Positions 58,436-64,000 of a DNA stretch of 64,000 bases are shown here, in pieces (the stretch's first letter is position 1; every line of letters starts with the position of its first letter). This stretch comes from Lysobacterales bacterium (lineage in GTDB: Bacteria > Pseudomonadota > Gammaproteobacteria > Xanthomonadales > SZUA-36): positions 15,947 to 79,946 of the forward strand of contig JANLTO010000017.1 of NCBI GenBank assembly GCA_031362985.1. Direction: 5' to 3'. Made by a program: the position numbers and the translations under genes. The notes below the pieces were generated by a model. The model was not told the DNA's origin, made no database searches, and was given only the letters and a program-made list of their open reading frames with translations.

Positions 58436-59665
58436 TTAGATCAAGGCATCCAACGCTTCGATCAGTCGTGACACTTCTCCCGCGGACGTGTAATGCACGA
58501 AGGACGCACGCAGGGCGCCTTTCTTTGGGTCAACGCCCAAGGCTTCCAGCAGACGGTTAGCGTAGTAATCTCCTGCTCCGACGCCCAGCTTTTTACCGGC
58601 CAGGCGCGTAGCGAGCTCGGCGGATGAAATTCCATCGACGGTAAAGGCCACGGTTGGGGCGCGCTGCGCGGCGTCACGGCGGCCGATCAGGCGAATGCGC
58701 GGATGACCGTCCATGAAATCCAGTAAGGGCTGCAACAACAGGGTTTCCTGACCGCGCAGCAACTTTCGCACCGCGCCGGCTTGTTCCGTGGCAGAGGCTG
58801 GCTGGCCAAAATGATGCTGATACACCGCTTCAAAGTAGTCGATGACGCCGTTGGTCGCGGCAATCTGGGCGTGGTCGGGGCCCGCGGGAATGAAGCGCGA
58901 AGTGGGCTTACCGGCATTGAAGAAATGACCCTGGTTGGGCAGTTCTGTATTGAGTTTGCTGCTCATGAACATCACGCCGAGGTGCGGGCCGTACACCTTG
59001 TAAAGTGAGAACAGGTAAATGTCGGCACCCAGCGCCGGGATGTCCGGTAGCCCATGCGGACAGTACGATACGCCGTCGACAATGGCGATCGCCCCGGCTG
59101 CATGGATGCGGTCGGTGAGTTCACGCACCGGGTTGATGCTGGCCACCACGTTGGAACAATGGGTAAAGGCAACAACACGAGTGCGCGGCCCCAGCCACGT
59201 GTCCAGTTCATCGGGATCAAGCTCACCACTGTCCGGATCAATCTTCCATTCGCGCAGCACGATGCCTGCGGCTTCCAGCCGGTGCCAGGCGCCGATGTTG
59301 GCTTCATGGTCCTGGTTAGTAACAATGATCTCATCACCTGGCTTGAGATGCTGGCGCAGGGCCTGGGCAATGACATAGGTGTTCTGCGAAGTCGAAGGCC
59401 CAAAATGCACTTCCTCGGTGGCCACGTTCAGCCAGGCCGCCATACGGCTACGCGCGGAATCCATCTGGTGTCCGGCTTCCCGTGAAGCCGGGAAATCGTG
59501 ATAGGGTTGCACCTTGGTTTCACGATAGAAGCGGTGCATCTGGTCGATGACGGGCTCGCAGGCATAAGAACCTCCGGCATTTTCGAAATGCGCAAAACCC
59601 TGCAGCGAGGGTTCCATAAACGCGGGAAAAAGACTACGAACAAAATCGAGGTCAAGCTCAGCCAT
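58436..59665 (-). CDS. Class V aminotransferase-fold PLP enzyme (cysteine desulfurase-like)
   Basis: 409 aa. Motifs IIVTNQDHEANI, HCSNVVASINP and the PLP-Lys context FSLYKVYGPH. Confidence 0.85.
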   Translation of the reverse strand: MAELDLDFVRSLFPAFMEPSLQGFAHFENAGGSYACEPVIDQMHRFYRETKVQPYHDFPASREAGHQMDSARSRMAAWLNVATEEVHFGPSTSQNTYVIAQALRQHLKPGDEIIVTNQDHEANIGAWHRLEAAGIVLREWKIDPDSGELDPDELDTWLGPRTRVVAFTHCSNVVASINPVRELTDRIHAAGAIAIVDGVSYCPHGLPDIPALGADIYLFSLYKVYGPHLGVMFMSSKLNTELPNQGHFFNAGKPTSRFIPAGPDHAQIAATNGVIDYFEAVYQHHFGQPASATEQAGAVRKLLRGQETLLLQPLLDFMDGHPRIRLIGRRDAAQRAPTVAFTVDGISSAELATRLAGKKLGVGAGDYYANRLLEALGVDPKKGALRASFVHYTSAGEVSRLIEALDALI

Positions 59666-59884
59666 TGAATCGCTCCGGGAAACCAGTGGCGATGATAGCA
59701 GCCCGCGCAGGATAAGTGCCGGCCAGGGTAACTGATCATGCGCGGGAAACTTGCTTGACGCAGGGGATGCCCAGCGGGACGATGCAGTGCTGCTCCCCGA
59801 ACCTGGGGTTTACTTCGTGTCAGGCGTCCATTAAGTAGTCAGGACACAGAACGTCTTTGCCAGCAGGGATAAGGAGAAGTTCCC

Positions 59885-60871
59885 ATGATTGAGCCCAATC
59901 CGTTCGAAACCTTGCGACAGATCGCGGGTGGTTACTGTTTGTCGCGGGGCCTGCACGTTGTCGCCAATCTTGCAGTCGCCGACAGGCTGGACGAGACCCC
60001 TCAAACAGCCGCCGAGCTGGCAGTGTCGGTTGGCGCCCATCCTGAAGCGCTGGGCCGCGTCCTGCGGCTTCTTGCCGCGCACGGGGTGTTCGAATCTTGC
60101 GCTGGCAAGTTCCGCCACTCGCCGGCGTCCCGGATGTTGCGTACCGACCATCCAAGGTCCATGCGCGATTACGTGCGAATGTTCGGCTTGCCGCCCTTCT
60201 GGGCGACCTTCGGGGAGCTGGAACAGTCCGTACGCACTGGCCTTGCGGCTGGGAACACCGTCACCTCCGGCGGCTTCTGGGCTTATCTAGCACAGCACCC
60301 GGAAGCGAACGCCATATTCAACGCGACCATGGTGACCAAAGCGCACACCCAAATCGCCGGCGTTCTTGCCGCCTACGACTTCTCGGAGTTCAAGCTGATT
60401 GGCGACATCGGTGGAGGGCGCGGCCACCTGTTGAGCGCCGTGCTGGCGCGCGTGCCGAGCGCAAAAGGAGTGCTGTTCGATTTACCGCACGTGGTCAAGG
60501 ATGCGGCTGGCGCGACGTCGCCGCGGCTTACCCGGCAGGCCGGCGATTTTTTCAAGGACACGCTGCCAGTCTGCGACGCTTACCTGGTGATGGAAGTCAT
60601 CCACGACTGGAGCGACGCCGAGTCCATTTCAATCCTGCAAGCGATCCGGCGGGCGGCGCCGTCGCATGCCAGGCTCCTGCTGATTGAAGAAATAGTCCCC
60701 GACGACCCTGGCCCGGCCTGGTCGAAGATGCTGGACATCCATATGCTCGCCCTGATCGGGGGGAAGCAACGCACGCGGCGGGAATACGAGGCGCTGTTTG
60801 ATGCGGCCGGTTTCTCATTCAAACGTGAGATTGACACGGGCGCTGGTATCTCGATCCTGGAAGCTGCCTGA
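59885..60871 (+). CDS. SAM-dependent O-methyltransferase (methyltransferase_2 family with N-terminal dimerisation wHTH)
   Basis: 328 aa. SAM motif LIGDIGGGRGHLL, VLFDLPHVV, YLVMEVIHDWSD. Confidence 0.85.
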   Translation: MIEPNPFETLRQIAGGYCLSRGLHVVANLAVADRLDETPQTAAELAVSVGAHPEALGRVLRLLAAHGVFESCAGKFRHSPASRMLRTDHPRSMRDYVRMFGLPPFWATFGELEQSVRTGLAAGNTVTSGGFWAYLAQHPEANAIFNATMVTKAHTQIAGVLAAYDFSEFKLIGDIGGGRGHLLSAVLARVPSAKGVLFDLPHVVKDAAGATSPRLTRQAGDFFKDTLPVCDAYLVMEVIHDWSDAESISILQAIRRAAPSHARLLLIEEIVPDDPGPAWSKMLDIHMLALIGGKQRTRREYEALFDAAGFSFKREIDTGAGISILEAA

Positions 60872-60897
60872 CAACCGGTCGCGGCGGATCGTCCCCT

Positions 60898-62811
60898 TTA
60901 ACCCAGCAGGAAGGCGACAATCTCTTCGGCCGCTGCTTCAGCCGTGCACGAAGTTGTATCGATATGAATTTCCGGATTCTCAGGAACCTCATAAGGGGAA
61001 TCAATGCCGGTAAAGTTCTTGAGCTGCCCCGCGCGCGCTTTTTTGTACAGCCCTTTGACATCACGACTCTCTGCCAGCTGCAGCGGTGCGTCCACATGGA
61101 TTTCAATGAACTCACCGGGCGGCAACATCTGGCGCACCAGGCGTCGCTCGCTGCTGAATGGCGAGATAAAAGCGCTAAGAACAATCAGGCCGGCATCCGT
61201 CATCAGGCGGGCGACCTCGCCTACGCGGCGGATATTCTCTACCCGGTCAGCATCGGTAAATCCCAGGTCGCGGTTAAGGCCATGGCGAATATTGTCGCCA
61301 TCGAGCAGGAACGTGTGCTTACCCAGGGCATGCAGTTTCTTCTCTACCAGGTTGGCAATGGTCGACTTACCCGAGCCCGACAAGCCGGTAAACCAAAGCA
61401 GCTTTGGCTGCTGATTTTTCTGCGCGGCGTGCGCTTCACGCGAGATCTCCAGTGACTGCCAGTGGATGTTCTGCGAGCGGCGCAGCGCAAAATGAATCAT
61501 GCCTGCTGCAACCGTGCGGTTGTTCATGCGGTCAACCAGGATGAAGCCGCCCAGATCTGGATTATCCACATAGGCTTCGAATGGCACGGCCCGGTCGAGG
61601 GAAATATTGCAGATACCAATGGCGTTCAGCGCCAGCGTGTCAGCCGCCTGGTGCGCCATCGTATTGATGTCGACTTCGTATTTCGGCCTGGTGATGCTGG
61701 CCAACACCATTGAGGTACCAATTTTCAACCAATAGGGACGGCCGGGCAGCATTTCCTGCTCGTCCATCCACACCAGCGTCGCCTCGAACTGGTCGGCCAC
61801 CTCGACCGGTGCATCTGCCATCGTGATGACGTCGCCGCGTGCGCAATCAATCTCGCTACTGAAGCTCAACGTTACCGACTGACCCGCCACCGCTTCATCA
61901 AGATCGCCATCGTAGGTCACGATGGCCTTGACCGTCGAGGTCTTGCCCGAAGGCTGGATGCGGATGGCATCCCCGGGTTTAATGCGGCCGGAACTGACCA
62001 GGCCGGAAAAACCCCGGAAATCCAGGTTGCGCCGGTTGACCCACTGCACCGCCATGCGGAAGTCACGTTCTGCCATGCGCTCGGTGTCGAGTTCCACGGT
62101 TTCCAGATGAGCCAACAGGCTGGGGCCGGCATACCAGGGAGTTTGCTCACTCAGGCTGGTAATGTTGTCCCCCTTTAGCCCTGAGATCGGAATGGGCAGG
62201 AAGCGCTCCATGCCGAGGCTGTCGGCAAAATCCCGGAAGTTCGCGACAATCTCGTCGAAGCGCGGCTGGCTGTACTCCACCAGGTCCATCTTATTGATGG
62301 CGAGCACGACGTTGCGGATGCCAATCAGGTGCACCAGGTAGCTGTGACGACGGGTTTGTGTCAGCACGCCCTGGCGTGCGTCCACCAGGATAACGGCAAG
62401 GTCAGCGGTGGAAGCGCCGGTGACCATGTTGCGGGTGTACTGCTCATGCCCGGGCGTATCGGCGACGATAAACTTGCGCCGTTCGGTGGTAAAGAACCGG
62501 TAGGCCACGTCGATGGTGATGCCCTGCTCACGCTCGGCGGCCAGGCCATCGACCAGCAAGGCAAAATCGATCTCCTGCCCCTGGGTGCCCATGCGCTTGC
62601 TGTCTTCTTCAAGACTGGCCAGTTGGTCTTCGAAGATCATCTTGCTGTCATAGAGCAGGCGACCGATCAGTGTTGATTTACCATCGTCTACCGACCCGCA
62701 GGTAATAAAACGCAACAAGCTCTTGTTCTGATGCGCCTCGAGATAAGCTTCAATGTCCTCGGCAATCAACGCGTCCGCTTGGTAGTCCTTGCCACTGCGG
62801 CTCGTACTCAT
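60898..62811 (-). CDS. cysNC: Bifunctional sulfate adenylyltransferase subunit 1 / adenylylsulfate kinase
   Basis: 637 aa. GTPase [29 protein letters not shown]-terminal APS kinase [13 protein letters not shown]. Confidence 0.95.
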   Translation of the reverse strand: MSTSRSGKDYQADALIAEDIEAYLEAHQNKSLLRFITCGSVDDGKSTLIGRLLYDSKMIFEDQLASLEEDSKRMGTQGQEIDFALLVDGLAAEREQGITIDVAYRFFTTERRKFIVADTPGHEQYTRNMVTGASTADLAVILVDARQGVLTQTRRHSYLVHLIGIRNVVLAINKMDLVEYSQPRFDEIVANFRDFADSLGMERFLPIPISGLKGDNITSLSEQTPWYAGPSLLAHLETVELDTERMAERDFRMAVQWVNRRNLDFRGFSGLVSSGRIKPGDAIRIQPSGKTSTVKAIVTYDGDLDEAVAGQSVTLSFSSEIDCARGDVITMADAPVEVADQFEATLVWMDEQEMLPGRPYWLKIGTSMVLASITRPKYEVDINTMAHQAADTLALNAIGICNISLDRAVPFEAYVDNPDLGGFILVDRMNNRTVAAGMIHFALRRSQNIHWQSLEISREAHAAQKNQQPKLLWFTGLSGSGKSTIANLVEKKLHALGKHTFLLDGDNIRHGLNRDLGFTDADRVENIRRVGEVARLMTDAGLIVLSAFISPFSSERRLVRQMLPPGEFIEIHVDAPLQLAESRDVKGLYKKARAGQLKNFTGIDSPYEVPENPEIHIDTTSCTAEAAAEEIVAFLLG

Positions 62812-63731
62812 CAGAAATACCCTTCCTGCTTTTTCTTTTCCATGGAGGTGGCCTGATCGTGATCAATGGCGCGGCCCTGGCGCTCCGAGGTGGTGGTCAA
62901 CAACATTTCCTGGATGACTTGCGGCAAGGTGACTGCCTTGCTTTCCACCGCCCCGGTGAGCGGATAGCAGCCCAGGGTGCGAAAACGGATGGACCGCTCG
63001 ACCGGAGTCTCGCCGTCCCGCAAGCGAAAGCGCTCATCATCCACCATCAGGATCAGGCCATCACGCAGCACGGTCGGCCGTGGTGCGGACAAATACAGCG
63101 GTACGATTTCGATGCCCTCTAAATGAATGTATTGCCAGATGTCGAGCTCGGTCCAGTTGCTGATGGGGAACACGCGCATCGATTCGCCCCTGGCTTTACG
63201 CGCATTGTAGAGCCGCCACAATTCCGGCCTCTGGTTCCGCGCATCCCAGCGATGACTGGCGGAACGGAAGCTGAACACACGTTCTTTCGCCCGGCTTTTC
63301 TCCTCGTCCCGCCGCGCGCCACCAAAGGCCGCGTCAAACCCATATTTGTCCAGCGCTTGCTTGAGGCCCTCGGTCTTCCACAGGTCGGTGTGCAAACTGC
63401 CGTGGTCAAACGGGTTGATGCCTTGCGCCAGGGCTTCAGGATTTTGATAAATCAGCAAATCCATCCCCGCGTCCTGCGCCGCCTTGCCGCGCAATTCGTA
63501 CATGGCCCGAAACTTCCACGTGGTGTCCACGTGCAACAGGGGAAAAGGCGGCGACGAGGGATAAAAAGCCTTTTTGGCGAGGTGCAGCATGACGGCGGAA
63601 TCCTTGCCCACCGAATAGAGCATGACGGGCTTTTCGGTTTCCGCCACCACCTCCCGCATGATATGGATGCTCTCGGCTTCAAGCCGTTGCAAATGGGTCA
63701 ATCGGGGAGATGGGGAGAGCGCGAACTTCAT
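62811..63731 (-). CDS. cysD: Sulfate adenylyltransferase subunit 2
   Basis: Track ORF to 63749 (TTG). ATG 63731 gives [31 protein letters not shown]...YSVGKDSAV, colinear with CysD. Confidence 0.95.
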   Translation of the reverse strand: MKFALSPSPRLTHLQRLEAESIHIMREVVAETEKPVMLYSVGKDSAVMLHLAKKAFYPSSPPFPLLHVDTTWKFRAMYELRGKAAQDAGMDLLIYQNPEALAQGINPFDHGSLHTDLWKTEGLKQALDKYGFDAAFGGARRDEEKSRAKERVFSFRSASHRWDARNQRPELWRLYNARKARGESMRVFPISNWTELDIWQYIHLEGIEIVPLYLSAPRPTVLRDGLILMVDDERFRLRDGETPVERSIRFRTLGCYPLTGAVESKAVTLPQVIQEMLLTTTSERQGRAIDHDQATSMEKKKQEGYF

Positions 63732-63815
63732 CCGGTCATCCTGGTTCAATTGGGTTTGGCTCTATTGCTAGTGCGGGCCAGGTTCATGGTTCTTGCCACT
63801 CAGGTCTGCCTGTGG

Positions 63816-63916
63816 ATCCCGGGTCAAGCCCGGGATGACGAAAAGCGTTTAGCCGTTCCCGGGATGACGAAACCTGTTTAACCGCTTCCGGAATGACGAA
63901 GCCCGTTTAACTGTTT
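63816..63916. repeat. Hairpin plus three tandem ~30-bp units (CCCGGGATGACGAA-N-GTTTA-N)
   Basis: Hairpin ATCCCGGG-TCAAG-CCCGGGAT (63816-63836). Units are 63829-63857, 63858-63887 and 63888-63916. The third unit contains the stop codon of the edge ALDH gene. Confidence 0.8.
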
Positions 63917-64000
63917 AGTCCCGCGAGAGTGATGTACTTGATCTCGATGTATTCATCGATACCGTACTTGGAGCCTTCCCGGCCGGAACCGGATTCCTTT
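63907..64000 (-). CDS. C-terminal 30 codons of an aldehyde dehydrogenase, probably succinate-semialdehyde dehydrogenase-like (runs off the right edge)
   Basis: Not in the ORF track. Reverse translation of 63999..63907 gives [30 protein letters not shown]. This matches the conserved ALDH/GabD C-terminus ([21 protein letters not shown]). Confidence 0.5.
   Translation of the reverse strand, partial: KESGSGREGSKYGIDEYIEIKYITLAGLNS

Noticed and set aside
63829-63916. Possible mini-CRISPR array
   Set aside because: The ~30-bp units are directly adjacent with no unique spacers, there are only three degenerate copies, and there are no cas genes in the window.

Overview
64-kb chromosomal segment, by eye high-50s % GC. 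The gene content (thrABC, cysD-cysNC, gltBD, TctCAB, an OmpR-type two-component system, TonB-dependent receptor) suggests an aerobic, possibly marine, gammaproteobacterium; this is inference only. I call 50 protein-coding genes, two of them cut by the window edges and absent from the ORF track (left edge 1..1355, right edge 63907..64000). I saw no rRNA, tRNA, CRISPR array, transposase, integrase or phage genes.

Core metabolism:
- gltBD
- arfB
- asnB-thrA-thrB-thrC as one translationally coupled operon
- a three-gene korA/korB/gltD-like-ferredoxin cluster
- cysD-cysNC

Accessory content:
- A single 1072-codon frame joins a GT2 membrane glycosyltransferase to a complete TonB-dependent receptor precursor. 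It is followed by tctC-tctA-tctB.
- A sugar-modification module: ATP-grasp, NodB deacetylase, membrane bicupin, GT61 and GT4.
- A translationally coupled ABC-transporter-type glycan operon (30200 to 23520). It carries a GT4-GT2 fusion and an Anp1/Mnn9-like transferase, next to a FAD oxidoreductase and a TMTC-like GT-C/TPR protein.

I rate these last genes, together with the GT2-TBDR fusion, as the best candidates for an undescribed envelope glycosylation system.

Intergenic DNA is unusually structured:
- a 35-bp palindromic element in six copies, mostly in promoter-side regions, including gltB and asnB
- an array of nine TGGGGTCA octamers around a 24-bp perfect palindrome
- two long inverted-repeat structures bracketing a MAPEG gene
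- a 3-unit ~30-bp tandem repeat

All functional calls come from motif recognition in the translations. No database search was run.
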